The translations under genes were made by a program, and so were the position numbers. DNA of 62,934 nt, filler included, from Folioceros fuciformis (Eukaryota), in NCBI GenBank assembly GCA_049999805.1. It is 6 parts of 6 records of this genome, joined end to end, with 100 filler letters (N's around TTAATTAATTAA, not from the genome) between each part and the next. Parts side by side here need not be neighbours in the genome. Positions count along the whole stretch, not along the records: positions 17,609 to 47,842 come from JBNGIO010001338.1; positions 47,943 to 52,711 come from JBNGIO010001339.1; 4 more parts are not named here. One strand, written 5' to 3'. Of this stretch, positions 36,512 to 50,614 are shown in pieces. How positions within the stretch are numbered: the stretch's first letter is position 1; every line of letters starts with the position of its first letter. Under the pieces are notes generated by a model. It made no database searches and was not told where the DNA came from. It worked only from the letters and a program-made list of their open reading frames with translations.

Positions 36512-39158
36512 TCAAGAACTGAAACTACTTACTGGACGTTCCCCATTAATGTGACGAACCAATACGTCTGACAATTTACCCTCAGCCTGCAACCAGATCA
36601 GAACAGCAAGTGCATAAAATGTTAGGGTGATACGGAACCCTCATTTGGCGTTAGAAAGGAGAGCTCAAAATAACTGATCACCTGGAAATGTCGCATGTGC
36701 AAAATGGGTTCCGAGCCAAGTTCAGCCACTGTTTGAGCCCCAAGAGCTGTGCCAACGGTCCGGGCTCTGTAGGTTGCCAAGAAGGCTTCCGCAGCTGTAT
36801 CTAGCGACCGGCAGACCTTCAATAAAGCCTCCAATGAATTCATCTGCAGCATCCGAGCAGTTCAAAGTATGACCACAGATGTTCAAAGCCAGAATGCACA
36901 CCAGAACCCAAGAAGATGGCAATCACCTTCATGAAGGGACAAGATGCGCATCCTCCTGTGATGGAGCACCCTTCTCCAGCAGCGATTCCAGGAACAATGG
37001 TCATCTCAGGCAGGCTGGATATGCTCAGCCCATTGGACGTTGGGCTGATGGCATCAGAAGAAACAGGGAAAACGATTTCTACTTCTACGTTAGCTAAGCT
37101 TGTGCTTGCCTGCAGGTTCGCAGAAAGAAGCTCTCGGACTGCTCCGACAATGGAGGTTATCATGCCAGACTCTGTTCCCAAGACAAACTGCAGCCGGTCG
37201 TTGAACCCTCGTTGCAGAGACTCCTTCACCCGTGCAGTGATGAAGTCCAGAATGTTCTGTGTGGAACCAACGACTCCCATTCCTCTTGCTTTGGCCTCCA
37301 TTGCCAGAGCAAACATCTCGCCGGGCACTTCGAAGTGCGCAGTTTGATAGGCATCAGGGTACCCTACCCTGACTCGTGACACCACATCTTTCCCGAACAG
37401 GTCGTGCACAATGCAAGCCCCATCCTGCCGCCAACATACGAGAGAAGCCTCAAAAAATGTGGCACCTCTGACACAGCACCTGAGAGCAAGAAACGAGCAG
37501 TGGCAAGCTCACCTGGAAATAATGAAGGCGAGGCAGTAGTTCAGCTACGGTCTTTCGATTATGCGCAGGATGAACAGCTGCAATCTCCTCATCAGACAAC
37601 GTACAAAGTGTCCTGAAAAGTTCAGCTAAGTTTGCACCCATGTAGGAATCTGGTCCATACCAAACTGTCAGTCCTGGTACTTGCGAGAATGCCTGTGCCC
37701 CCACCCAAACAAACACAAGACTATAAATGCTACGGAGATAAAGAAATCAGCCAGCCTGGCTCAACGAGACATGAAAACACCACAATCACGCACCTGCAGA
37801 ACAGTCTGCACCACATTCGAGGAGGTGCATGTGATGGTGGGCACCAGCGAGTGGGCTTGAGCCTTGGTCTCCAGCGACGTGTTTATATATATGACATGCA
37901 GTGACGGCTTTGTAGTAGAGGCTGCTTCCAAGAAGCTGTAATACGCTGGCGTGTGTGCAGCCTCAGCCAGGGAGCACCCAATGTGGTCTCCAGACATCCG
38001 ATATACGCCAACCTGAAATACCCAGTCCCAAATTCCAATTCTACCCATCAGTACAGCAGGCTCCAACAACCTAACCTGCAAAGAACAAGACAGAGCAGAA
38101 AGCCCACCAACCTCATCAAACCCGGCTCGATCAAGAATAGCCCGAACGTTCTCAGACATGAAATCCACCCCCAGAACCGCAATCTTCCGACACCCCGCCT
38201 CCGCCATCTTCACGGCACGATCCGCCATGACAAGGGAATCCGAAATGAAGATATGCGGCCATTCCTTCTGCGCAGCCACAAGCACTCCTTGCACCTCCGG
38301 GTCCATGTAGAAGTGAGCCACGATCCCTACCTTCTTCTCTCTGAGCAAGCCCACGAGCTCCGCGACCTTCCCGGCGTCCGGCGACAAATACTTCACCTGC
38401 GCCAGCGCGAAATCCCCCTGGGCCGTAACGCCCTGCGCAGTCACCAGCAAAGAGGGGAAGGGATCGAAAGACGGCAAGCCCGCCCGCTGCGCGACGGCCA
38501 TGCGCGTCCGCTTCTTCATCGTCACCAGGACGTTGAACCAGGTATTGATACGGGACCCGGATCCTGTCCCAAAGCCCAGACTCTTGAGCGCGTCGTCAGG
38601 CAGCGCCAGCACCTCCTCCGGCCTGGCACCGTCAACGACCCGCAGCAACAAAGCGCAGAGTCCCCGCGTGAAAGCGGAGTCGCTGTCGGCCCGGAACCGC
38701 ATCCGGCCATAGGATCCCAGCTCCGCCGTCACCCACACCTGCGCCGTGCAGCCCAGCACACGGTTCTCCGCGATGCGCAATCCCGCCGGCATGCGGGGCA
38801 TCGCCTCCGCCATCTCCAGCACCCGCTTCATCCTCTCCTTCCCATTCTCCCCAGCCGCCACCACCTCCCGCACCAAATTTTCCAAAACAAGCAGCACTTC
38901 CCGCTCCTGCTCCTCCTCCGCCGCCACAACTGCAGCTGCCGCCGTCGCCACCACGTGATCTCCCAAGCTGCATCTTGCTCCCCCGGCCCAATGCCTACTG
39001 CAATTCTCCTTCCTCACGGCCCCCGGGTGAGCCACACTCTGCCCCCACGCCACCTGCCGCCGCCATTGCTGCTGCTGCGAGTGCGCACTCGAGGAAACAG
39101 CGTTCGCCAGCGCAGTCGCAGCGCCGGCTACTTCCCGCACCACCAAGGCTGCGGCCAT
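36512..39158 (-). CDS. QS: Plastid quinolinate synthase (SufE-NadA fusion, SufE3/QS), multi-exon
   Basis: SufE domain NRVLGCTAQVWV...FRADSDS; NadA domain VAHFYMDPEVQG, GCSLAEAA, TITCTSSNVVQT, WYGPDSYMGAN, AHFEVPGEMF, VLGTESGM, GEGCSITGGCASCPFMK/MNSL. Start codon choice is tentative. Confidence 0.93.
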
Positions 39159-40133
39159 GGCTGTTGATCCCACCTCCTGCTCCTCCTCCACCTCGCGGAC
39201 GCCTTCACTAGCCACTAAGCCTTACCGCAACCGCGATAAACCGCCCAAGGGACCAACCGGTCTACAACTCTCCGTACCTCACCCCCGCGACACCTGGAAT
39301 GAGAAGGAAGATATAGCCCGGGAGCACGCCCGGCCCCGAATTCAGCCTCGCGCCGCGACTCGAGATTCAGAGCCACCAGAATGCCAGCGGCCCAGGCCCG
39401 GGAGACGTGGGAGTTCGTTGCTGCGACTGCGGCTTCCTGCGGGCCACCCGGCAGCTCCACACACGCCTTTGAATACAGATCCCGGAATCTTCACCTGGCA
39501 ACGACCTCCGGAATCCCCAGCGCCTGCCATGACCATGACCCTGACCAGAACCTGTCCTGTCACATATTGTAACTGTTGTTTTTCGTAGTGGTCGCCATCT
39601 CTACCTGGGATGGCGGAGGTTAGGGTTTGGCGGCTCTTCGGCCTTGGCAAATGGGGACAAGGAATGGAGGACAGGCGCCGTTGCCTTACCGGTTCTTCCA
39701 CTGCTTCCAAGCGCTTCCGTGTAATCCAGAGAACTGGTACAGGCACTTGTCTCTGTCGTGACGCTCACGGAAGCGACGAAAGCAACGCGATTGCTGGCTA
39801 ATGCGAGAACACGCAACCCTGCCGGCATTGTCATTGGTTTCTGGATATTGCGCAGTACTACAAGATGTTGGCGGCAGCGGATGTGTGCAGGCGAGGTGGC
39901 AGGAAAAGTCCCCCGCCCGGGAACGACGGAGTTCATGGACTCCACGATGCAACTTGTTTGATTGTTTTGTATATACTGTACAGCATTGTAAAGCTACCAT
40001 GCATCTGTCGGTGTTAGTATACACAGAAAACCGAGGATGTGGAGCCCAGCCGGGGAGATGTGATAAGCATCCCACAGCGGTCTGTACAAGTGCTTTGTCA
40101 CAATACTTGGCCTCACTGCTGTGTGTTGAATGC

Positions 40134-43100
40134 TCAGTTTTGTTTGGCCTGGAGGCTGGCCACCAGCTTCTCCGTCTTCCTTATTCCACGCTCGAAAATG
40201 TCGAGGAACTGTCCAGGGACTGCTTAGAATGGTTCACGGACAACTGTGGATATCCATGAATGATATGTAGACTTGAACGTACCTTTCTAATCTCGTCTTC
40301 AGTGATGATGAGATGAGGGGAAAGCATTATAGTATCCCCGGCAACTCGGACCAGCAGTCCATCCTCTGCGCAGAACTCCAAGAAGCGAGAGCCCACGGCT
40401 GCACATCCAATCCGCTTATGATGTGCACCGACGCTTCCTGGAAGAGTTGAATGAACCAGAATCGAGATTCAGGCAGGAGGATGGCAATGGCTTACCCCAC
40501 GCTGCTGGAAAGGGAGTTCCCTTCTTGTCGGCTGCAAACTCCACTGCCATGACCAACTCTAAGCCTCGAATCTGTGAAAACCCCATGGCATGGAATGTCA
40601 AACGTTGGAGGCTTAGTTTCAGGCATCAACACAGACACAACTTTGGCATGAACGATCTCAACCTCGCCGATGATTGGGCTGTCAGACAGGGCCCTTAAGC
40701 CATTCTGGAACAGCGGAGAAACCTTCTTCACATGTCCAGGAATATCTCTTTCCCTGTCAGGGAAGTGTACAGTCAGTAGACAACTTCTGAAACAATCGCT
40801 GAGAAATTACGGTATGAAAGGGGAGGGACAGCTACTTGTATATGCGTATGGCCTCCAAGGATACTGCAGCAGCAACGGGATGTCCAGAAAATGTGAACCC
40901 ATGTCCGAAGTTTCCTGCAACAGAGCGACTTGTCAGAGAAAGTGCTTACAAAAGGTGAAGGACTGTGGCAAGTGGGGCACATGATCTGCTAACCAAGCCG
41001 TTTGCTTTCGTTGGCTATGACTTCCGCAATGGGTTCACTGATTAAGACTGCACCAATAGGCTGGTACGCTGAGGACAGAGCCTGGCAATGATCCAAAAGT
41101 TGTCATTTTTCCAATCCAGGAGGCTGAAACAGCTTCATACAAGGTGAACTTCTAAGGGAAATGGCAAATGCACCTTCGCTAAGCTGACGAGATCAGGCTT
41201 CAGATTGAAGTACTCGCTGCCAAACATTGTTCCCAGCCTTCCAAACCCAGTCACAACCTGCACGTCAAACATCAACGTAGTGATAACCTCTCGCCTGGAG
41301 CCAAGCAAACTCTAACTTCCAGACAAGCGTCCAGGTTACATGCCACCTTTACCTCATCAGCTATAAAGAGAATGTCATACTTCTTCAAGATCTTTTGGAC
41401 CTGCAAAGAGCCATCATGGGCTAAGCTGATTAAAAACTTCTAACAAGAACCCTCTGAATGCAAGCAGACCATGGTAATTGGCAAAGAAAGGAAACCTTTT
41501 CAAAGTATGTTTTAGGCGGTGGAATAACTCCCCCCGCACCCATCACAGGTTCCGCAATGAAGGCAGCAACCTGCACCAGGCGACTACGAGCATGAATACT
41601 ACACCAGGGCTTCAAATTTAGCAGTTGAGAGAGAGGGCACAGTGCTTGAACAAATGCAGCTCACTTCAAGAATCACATTACCGTATCTGCTCCTTCTTTT
41701 AGGATGAGACGCTCCAAATTATCTGCTAACCTTGTTGCAAATTCTTCCTCGCTTTCACCTTTGTCATGACAAACGGAGCTCATTCCAAGAGGCATTTCAT
41801 CAAGAACAAAGCCCACCACCCGACCTCCTTTAAGTGTGACATACCAGGTAAATGGTACCGCCAGTAATGTGGGCAATCTGCACGTAATACGAAGTCAACT
41901 GGTACATCGAAGCTGTGATGCATAGCCGGTAACCTGAACAACGATACCACGAGGTCAGGAACGAGACTCAACAAGGACACTGCAGGCATGGATGAGAGCC
42001 GCGCCTCATGGGTAAGCCCACACCTTACCCGGAAAGTCCTGCTGATAAATACGTCACGCCATGGTACCTGAGAGAAACGTAGGTCATGATCAGACAACAC
42101 ACATTTCATCTGAACGAGGGTGGAGCATGCCTGTAAACAATGGGACCCACGCTTTCTCCCTGGCGATAAACTTCTTCTTTTGAGGTCTTCCCAAAGCATT
42201 ATTGTAGTACCATACCAACTTCACCTGCGCATGTCCCGAAGGAAAACAGACACGTGAAAAGAGCTTCAGAAGAGCCAAAGAGCGAACTGCCAAGAGCATG
42301 ACTGTCTACGTGTATCCAACTTGTCAATGTGTCCGAGAATACACAAAACAAATCTCACTTGAGTGTCGTTGGACTCGGACCCGCTTCCAGTAAAGAACAC
42401 CTTCCCAATTTTCGTAGGCTTGAAGAGGTCGATCAGTGCACTGGCAAGTTCCTGGCAATTAAATGTGACCACTGTCACCAAAAACCTAAACAAGACCAGT
42501 CCTCGAGGATCAGGCGAATGTCCAGTGCAAACCACCCCCGTCACGCAGCCATACCAAAGTCGGAGCTGTTGAACGATTCCAGAAAGAATGATAAAACGGA
42601 AGAGTTCTCAATTGTTTCTCAGCAGCGTCAACCAATCGTTGTTCACTGCCACCTGGGAGGCAAGCAAAGACTGAAGAGGTAAGCAACTCCCAATGTACCA
42701 CACTGCCATACAAACGCATCTAACCAGAAACCACACACAAACGCACCTAATGCTGTGCACCAGAGACCAGCAAGGGCATCGATGTACTCCTTCCCATACT
42801 CATCATAAACGTAGATTCCCTGCGCAGTAAGAGACCACAGGAATCAGACAAAATGCCTCAACACAACACCCGACACATAAAACATAGGAGACTGAGTCAG
42901 ATACCAACCTTAGACCTGGCAATTATGAGTGGACTCTTCTCCAACTCCAGCGTCCCCGGGGTGAAGGGAGCCAGCAGACCATGCCCTCTGCACCAAGTCG
43001 GAGCATGTCACGCACAAATCGTCATCATCATGCACACACAATAAGTAATCCGATACCATGCCGACAAGATGCAGCATCTACAGATCCGCGGCAAATGAGC

Positions 43101-43238
43101 ATACTTCTCTTCCACAAACCTGTCAGGGGTGGCGGGGAGACCCTTCCCCGCATTCTCCGTCGTCTGGTTCGGCAACGACTTGAGCACACCCTTCACCCCC
43201 GAATTCGTCCTTGCTAGAGGGGCACCCGGACCTGCCAT
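40134..43238 (-). CDS. POP2: Gamma-aminobutyrate transaminase (class III PLP aminotransferase), ~18 exons
   Basis: [89 protein letters not shown]-lysine [17 protein letters not shown]; last exon [24 protein letters not shown]. Confidence 0.92.
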
Positions 43239-44157
43239 TTCAGCAAAACCGAACGCCTGCAAGCCAACCTAAAACCCGATTCTCACCGGAATTCAGGTCT
43301 CTCCCGCAAGCCCTGGATCAAACAAGGCAGCCAGCTACATGAGATCAGGAGCAGAACGTGTTTACATCATCAAATGGCCTAGGCTTGGCAGCAAAGGCAA
43401 GCAGGAGCAGGCAGAGTACCTTCCACAAACCTGCCGCGTTGGAGGCTCTGACGAACACCCAAAGAGACGACGAGCAGACAGGTAAGCCCACGCCAACACC
43501 AGAAGACGAAGCCAAGGAGGAGATCACATGTACGTCTATTCAGTGACACTTTACAGGCAACATATTGCCAATTGGCACTATCCACGTGCCGACTACCTAC
43601 CCAACATTAGAGTACTTTTAGGGGACTATTTAATGAGGGCACAAGGAAAGAGGCGGGCAAGGTTGGGCCGGGCAACTGGTCAGCCTGTAGGTAGGAAGCA
43701 CATGGATTACGACGAATCAAGAGATTAAATCGTCATTTTTCATCGCCTTCTCCTGCATGTAATTGTACGACACTGTTGTCCCTCGAGGCACTCTCTCTCC
43801 CGGCTAAGGAAGATCGTCGGCAGATGTGCCCCTTGGGCCGCAGTTTTGTTCCTTCCGGCATTCGGTTAGAGCCATTTGATCGGAGAGTGCTGAGCAAGAA
43901 AGAGACTCGAGGAGCTAGACATGCACGTGCGCATGCACCACAGGCTGCTGGCAGCGAAGGGACTGCTGGCTTCGGCGGAGCCCACTTGTCACTATCTTGA
44001 CACGCTCGACACAGGAGATGAGACACCGGCGAGTGGCGTGTACCAGGAAGCGGATTCGCTCTCGGAAGAGCGGCACGTTGAACTCTAGCAGACGAGACTC
44101 AGAATTTCAACGATTTTCAAGTTCCCTACAGAACGTCCCGCATTTGAATAGAGGGCG

Positions 44158-47100
44158 TCATTCGTGCAGAAACGCGCGCCCCAAATTGGATGCAAGAGCG
44201 AGCTTCACTCTGTCCAGAGAGACTTGATCGCCGTGCGCAACATCCAAGTCTCCACGCACCTTCGCTAAGGTAAGTGCTTGGATGCAGTTCAGCAGGGTGA
44301 AGGACTCTGCTGCGCTTACAAGAACGTGATCTGGCCACTCAAGAAGCTCCACCTGATTGCAACATGAACGTGAAGTTAGCGATGAGAAGAGACTGGACAA
44401 CCGGGAGCGCCTGGCAAGAATACTCACGGAGTCTTGGAGGAGAGACGTCCAAAACCTCTGAGGGGTTACTCCAGGCTTGAGAAGCTGCAAAAGATGCCAC
44501 ATGACACTTGGTTACGAGGGGGGCCATAACCTTATTCCCGCCACAGACATTAAATTTCGAGAGCACTTTACCTGCAATAAGCACTCTGCCGCTTGCCGCG
44601 CGACTGTCGCGAGTTTTTGATGTTCAACGTCTTTGGGTCGAGACTCTCTGATATACTGCAAAGCTTTCTTGAGATCCCTGTACCTGCACTTCCACGGGTA
44701 CTTGAGCGATGTCTGCAAGCTCAACTTGACCCACACTGAGCGGAAGGTATGATGAAGTGGAAACAAACCTGTGAAGAAACTGAAAGCCTCCTACGGAATG
44801 GACCTCTGAACCCAACAGATCCACCAAGCCCTCCAATTGCTGCCTCGAGACCAGCACACAAGAATAGTTCACCCCAAGGCACTGCATGACGTCCACCGCA
44901 CACTACTGAAGTACAGTCCCTTTTGTGCTCACCTCAAGCGCATTGCTGCTCGTAGATTGAATTTGAGCAAATGACTGCAACAGTTGATCGGCGATGGCCG
45001 AAAGCCGGTGATCATCGTGCGCTCTTCGCAACCATGCGATTCCAGCTCCTTTTCTACCTTGCTTCCAGTTATGGACTCCGATCACCTGCAGAAGAATGAA
45101 ACTCCTCGTCTCAAGTCCCTGAAGTAAATACCAGACCGATTCGCCGATGCGTTTGAACGGAGGGTTTGGGGTTGGAAGAGGCAACTCTCACCCTACAGAT
45201 GACAGTTCCCACTTCGTCGAGCTCGTAGAGGCGACATATATCCAGAGCCTGAGGCATGCAACCAGCTCAGAGAAATAAGAGATGACGAAAATCAGCTCCA
45301 CAGTACTAAAGCTTTCAGAGCAAAATCACCGATTACCTTCAACGCAAGCCGATAATGTTTGTACACTGGCTGCTTCAGAAGTAAAACTTTCAGTGTTCCC
45401 AGGCCTTGTCTTGGACAGGATGCCAGGTACACAGGAGCAAGCTGAGATCCTATCGGCAGAGTCAGGACACCACTATGGGCTCAGCACAAGCTCTACAGAT
45501 TCCTCCACGAATCTAAACAACTTGCCTGCCATGTGAGAGGATGCGACGACAAAACTTGGGCATAGTGGAGTCGATAGTTTTCTTCTAGACTTATTCCTCC
45601 TAGAGCCTCTCTTTCCTGCCGCAAAACCTCTTGGGCATGGATGCTATGTGCTGTAAGGAGTTCGACAATATGTGCGCTCATCCTGAATCAGGCACCTGAC
45701 TGTTCAGCGTTTCCAGGGTGGAGTGGAGGAGCACGAAATGCAAATCAGCTCGAAAAAAAAAGGCGTGATAACCCATTCAAAAGTGCCGACACTTTTGTCT
45801 CACCAGGGATCGAAGAGATGTGCACACTCTGCAAGAACCACCTGATGCAAAAGTACAAGTTGAGTATTCCAAAGACTAAAAAGCATCCTGAAGATGAGAA
45901 CGCGAAAAAGAGGCGAACCTCTGTATCATCACCGATGATCGCAAGAATCAGCTCCTGAAGAGGATCATCTTCAGGTGGAGGCTTTTGTTGTATACATCTT
46001 GACGCCACATTACGCAATCCTTCTAGTGCCTGGAAACAATGACCCCACACATAAGTTAGATGAGAGGACATCATCCACAGCTTCAGGCAGTTAAGGAGTT
46101 TCAACCAGTATACCATAGCTGATGCCCTGGCGTATAAACCATGCGCTACAAGCACCTCCATCCAATAAGATGTGGATGCTGCAAGCACTTCCGCATTTCC
46201 TAGAAGTATTTGCAGCAGTGTCTTCAGGCCCTTGACAGTGGCACGGTTTTCACACTCACCCCAGTGCGCACTGGAATCTAGCATGGCAATTTGACTGCGC
46301 CACTTTTCCCATGCCTGCATGAGACTCACTTGTCAGGAAGCACCGAAGCGAATGGCCCTGAATCGTAAAGCTTGTTCCAGATGATGATGCATTGCCTTAG
46401 AGAACTCCGGTTTGAAGATAAAGGCTACACCAGGTGCACCATCTGGTACACTAGGACGAAGCCGAGGCATTTTAGAGACAAGCACAGCAACTGTTTCCAC
46501 CAGGCCATTTTCTTTCTGCACAAGATAACAGAATGTGGCACAAGAGGTGATCATTCGTCAGATATCCCCATCAATTGCAACCCTAGCTCAATGGAACCAC
46601 TGGGTAGGTCTACCAAGATACTTATCATATCATGCTTGCAATTCATCAGGGCTAGGCTACAGTACCGTTCGGTCATCAATCTGGTCATGCTGATACGACC
46701 CATGCACTCGCAAAAGATCCACCTGCCGCAAAAGACAACAGCCCTATTTTACGGTGTCCTAAGGACCACTGTCTGTTGAAGCAATGTCGGGAAAATCAGA
46801 ATCAGTTACAAAAAGGCTTCACTTGCCTAGAGATACAGACCACAATATCAAGCCAGCCCACAGCTAGTGCAGACGCTATTCCATTCCAGTACTCTTCGTC
46901 TTCCTCTGGAAACTGCAAACCACAACACCACATACTAGTTGCGGTCTTGGCCCTTGAACAACCCCTTCACGCTGATACACCAAGCCCCTTAATCCACGTG
47001 AACGTGGCCGGTATACTTCACTCTAATGACACATACCTGTAATCTAGCGAGGCTTTGCTGGAGAATAACAAGCTTCCTGTGAAGCGATGCTTCAAAATTC

Positions 47101-47684
47101 GAACAGACCTGATCATAGCTCTGCAACGACAAAGCACAACGAACATAATCTCGCAAAATGGTCAGCTTCCAGACTATATCAACCAGATACCCAATTATCC
47201 ACTACCACTACCGCAGAACTCACCCTCAGCCAATCTGCAAGCCGCTCAGAGTGCCATGTTGCAGCACCCTTGTCTACAAAGAATATCTCAGCCAAGTCCC
47301 ACATACCCAATTATCCACTACCACTACCGCAGAACTCACCCTCAGCCAATCTGCAAGCCGCTCAGAGTGCCATGTGGCAGCACCCTTGTCTACAAAGAAT
47401 ATCTCAGCCAAGTCCCACACAGCCTTCACCACAGCGCCCTCCGCAAAATCCTGTTCCACATCGAGAGCGGACTCCTGTCAAGAGCTTGGATTTTCGACAC
47501 TTATGCGTCAAATGCCCCATCCAGTACTTGCAATAAGCCCAGCCGAAAATCCAGAAAGGGCTCAAACCAGCCATCATCTCAACCTTGCCTTAGCTGGTTT
47601 AGATGGCTGACTCAACGATGGGACCTCGTCCGGACCAAGTACTTTACTTATACTGCGGCTGTACTCCAAAACATGTTCCCACCT
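44158..47684 (-). CDS. NUP85: Nucleoporin Nup85, multi-exon, 5' end lost at gap
   Basis: WEHVLEYSRSI, VKAVWDLAEIFFVDK...ERLADWL, ENGLVETVAVLVSKMPRLRP, AWEKWRSQI, WMSAHIVELL, LGGISLEENYRLHYAQVLSSHPLTWQ, C-terminus VKLALASNLGRAFLHE*. Confidence 0.88.
47187..47418. repeat. 116-bp tandem duplication spanning a Nup85 exon end and splice donor
   Basis: 47187-47302 and 47303-47418 are identical except for one base. Confidence 0.92.
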
Positions 47685-47942
47685 GTGCATATATACGTCA
47701 GCAAGCAAAAGCAGCAACAATACCAGACACGCACGACCCATCAAAGACTGCGATGTCGACGCAACACGAAAATTGAGTCTCTTCTACGTCCTCACCAGTC
47801 CAGAGACATTCCCCGGTAGGGACCATCCCCCTCCGACAGCAANNNNNNNNNNNNNNNNNNNNNNNNNNNNNNNNNNNNNNNNNNNNTTAATTAATTAANN
47901 NNNNNNNNNNNNNNNNNNNNNNNNNNNNNNNNNNNNNNNNNN

Positions 47943-50614
47943 CAGGGGCCGTAAAGGGTCTCCTAATAACCGGGGGAGGGGCATGATGATGGGTCATGAT
48001 GGTCGTGTTCCATGTATGAATAACCAGGGTTCTGGTCAAATGCCTAGGTCAATGATGCCAGCGCAAGGGAAGCTTGTACGAGGTGTCAGAGGAATGGGAG
48101 CCAAAGGAGGACGGGTCAGTGGTACAAGAGATGGAAGGGGGATCATGTCTCCTATTATGGGTGCAAGACCAGGACCAGGCCTGGGACCTGGGCCTGGGAT
48201 GGGCCATCATTTCGGTCACCTGGGGCCTCCGGGACTTCCAGGTATGGGACCTGGAATGGGGCCAGGACCTGGCCTGGGACCTGGAGTGTTTCCTTTACCC
48301 CCTTTTGGTGGCCCCATGGGGTGGGGTGGCCGAGGAGGGGGAGATATGGGCATGATGGGTGGCCCTCCTCCTGGACCTGGGCCAGGTCTAAGGTTTGGAC
48401 CTGGGCCTGTTCCTGGTCCAAACATGTTCTTTAATCCACCCGGCAGAGGGGCAGGTCCTGGTGGAATGCCTGGGGTCATGTTTGGAGCTGGTCCTCCCTA
48501 TGGGGGGCGTGGATTGCCTGCAGAGAGGGGCCATGCTGCTCTAAGAGGAGGAGGAAGACTCCACCCTCCAGCTGGCAGGGGACCATCCAGAGGAGAGCAA
48601 AATGATTACTCCCAGCATTTTGTGGATACTGGGTTGCGACCACAGAATTTTATTAGGGATGTGGATCTAGCAGACAGGTTTGAGGAGTACCCTAAGCTCA
48701 AGGAGCTGATTTCGAGAAAGGATAAACTTATTGCTGACAATGCCTGTCCACCGATGTACTTGCAATGTGACCTGCGCACTACAGAGCTACGGCCAGAATT
48801 GTTCGGTACGAAATTCGATGTGATTCTTGTAGATCCACCCTGGGAGGAATATGTACGCCGGGCCCCTGGGGTTGGAGACTCAATGGAGTGGTGGTCGTAT
48901 GAAGATATTCAGAATCTTCGGATTGAGGTAAAAGGCTGAAGTTTGAATGACACGGACAATGTGATTGGAAGGTGTTAAACTCCTACCGTAGAAAATGTTT
49001 TAACGTTGATTTTGGTTTTGCTTCATGTGCTGTAGGCGATTGCGGATACACCTGCGTTCATTTTCTTGTGGGTGGGAGATGCAGAGGGCCTTGACCAGGG
49101 GCGCCTCTGTTTGAAAAAGGTAGGACAGATGCTCTGTTGTTTTCATTTGAAGGGGTGGTGGATGTGCGGGCTCTGAGTATGCTGGCTTTGGATGTTCGCG
49201 GCTCATTCCCAGGCTTTGGACTAGAGGTACCTGCAATGACATTGAAGAATTCTGTGCAGTGGGGTTTCCGGAGGTGTGAAGACGTATGCTGGGTGAAGAC
49301 GAACAGAGAAAATCCTACTCCAGCTTTGCGACATGATGCAAATACACTGTTCCAGCACTCCAAAGTATGAACAAGGAGTCTGGCCTCCCATTTTGGATTT
49401 AGTGAGCTACTTGGTTTTCTGCATCAGTATGTGGTATGTTGTGCATATCACGGAGTATTTCTTGCTGGACAAAAGCCTTCCCTGTACAGACAGGAAGCTG
49501 AGTGGGCTCGATTGGATGTTGCAGGAGCACTGCTTGATGGGCATAAAAGGCACAGTTCGACGGAGCACGGATGGGCACATAATCCACGCCAACGTGGATA
49601 CGGACATCATCATATCGGAGGAGCCAGCTTATGGTATGTGATTCGCTCCTGGCTGAGAAGCATGTCCCTTTTGTGTTTTATGCGGTGAATATTGTACACG
49701 GTTCGTAATTTTTGACTTCTTTGTTGGAGACGTTTGTTTACTGTGGTAACGAGTGTATGTGCCTCTATCCTTTGCAGGTTCTACTGCAAAGCCAGAAGAG
49801 TTGTATCATATTATTGAGCATTTTGCTCAAGGCCAGCGACGGATTGAGCTTTTTGGAGAGGACCACAATATCCGTGCAGGGTGGCTGACAGTGGGGAAGA
49901 GCCTTAGCTCTTCTAATTTCAATCCAATGGTGACCTGCTGCAATTTACTACCCTTCCTCATCAGTTTGTGTCAAATCAGTTATCTTTTTAGTTTTGCCGT
50001 GAGGTAGTGAATGGCGATCTCAAGACTGTGATCCGTTTATGCAGACATATGTGAAGTATTATGCCGATGGCGATGGAAAGGTGTGGCATGGTGGCAGAGG
50101 GAATCCTCCAGTCGATGCTCCTCACCTAGTAGGCACTACCCCAGAGATAGAGTCTCTTCGTCCAAAGTCACCACCACCCAGGGCCCAGCAACCTTCTCCT
50201 GCAGCAAATTCTGCTTCTCAACCTTCTGCGTCGAACTCTATTAGTAAGAAAACTGGCCATGGTGGTCCTCAAAGTGGGGTTCAACAGGGGGCAGGCAATT
50301 TGGCTCCTGGTGCTGGGCATGGAACCCTTGCCATTCCTGTCACCAATGTCAATGCTTTGCACTTAGGCCAGGCTACAGGTGTAGGCAGGGGGGGAGGTCA
50401 TGGTCAGGTTCCCAAGCCACGTCAAGTACCGCCCGGAGGCATCCCAAAGCCTTTAGGGGCAGGTCCAGGAATGACAAACCCTGATTTGGTGCTGGATGAG
50501 GAGCCAACTTCGTCTAGGAGGGAGTTACGTGACCTCTCAGGAGATGATGGTGGTGGTGGGTTGGAAGCTGAGCAGCCCAAGGGCTCTGACATAGAAACGC
50601 CTCCATCCTCCTAG
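47943..50614 (+). CDS. MTB: m6A methyltransferase subunit MTB (METTL14 homologue), 5' truncated
   Basis: G/P-rich region, then [22 protein letters not shown]...[86 protein letters not shown]. Confidence 0.95.

Noticed and set aside
36512-43238. QS and GABA-T adjacency as a metabolic gene cluster
   Set aside because: Unrelated pathways in a gene-dense genome; adjacency alone is not evidence.
48820-48850. Intact DPPW catalytic motif in the METTL14 homologue
   Set aside because: A known feature of plant MTB proteins; not novel.
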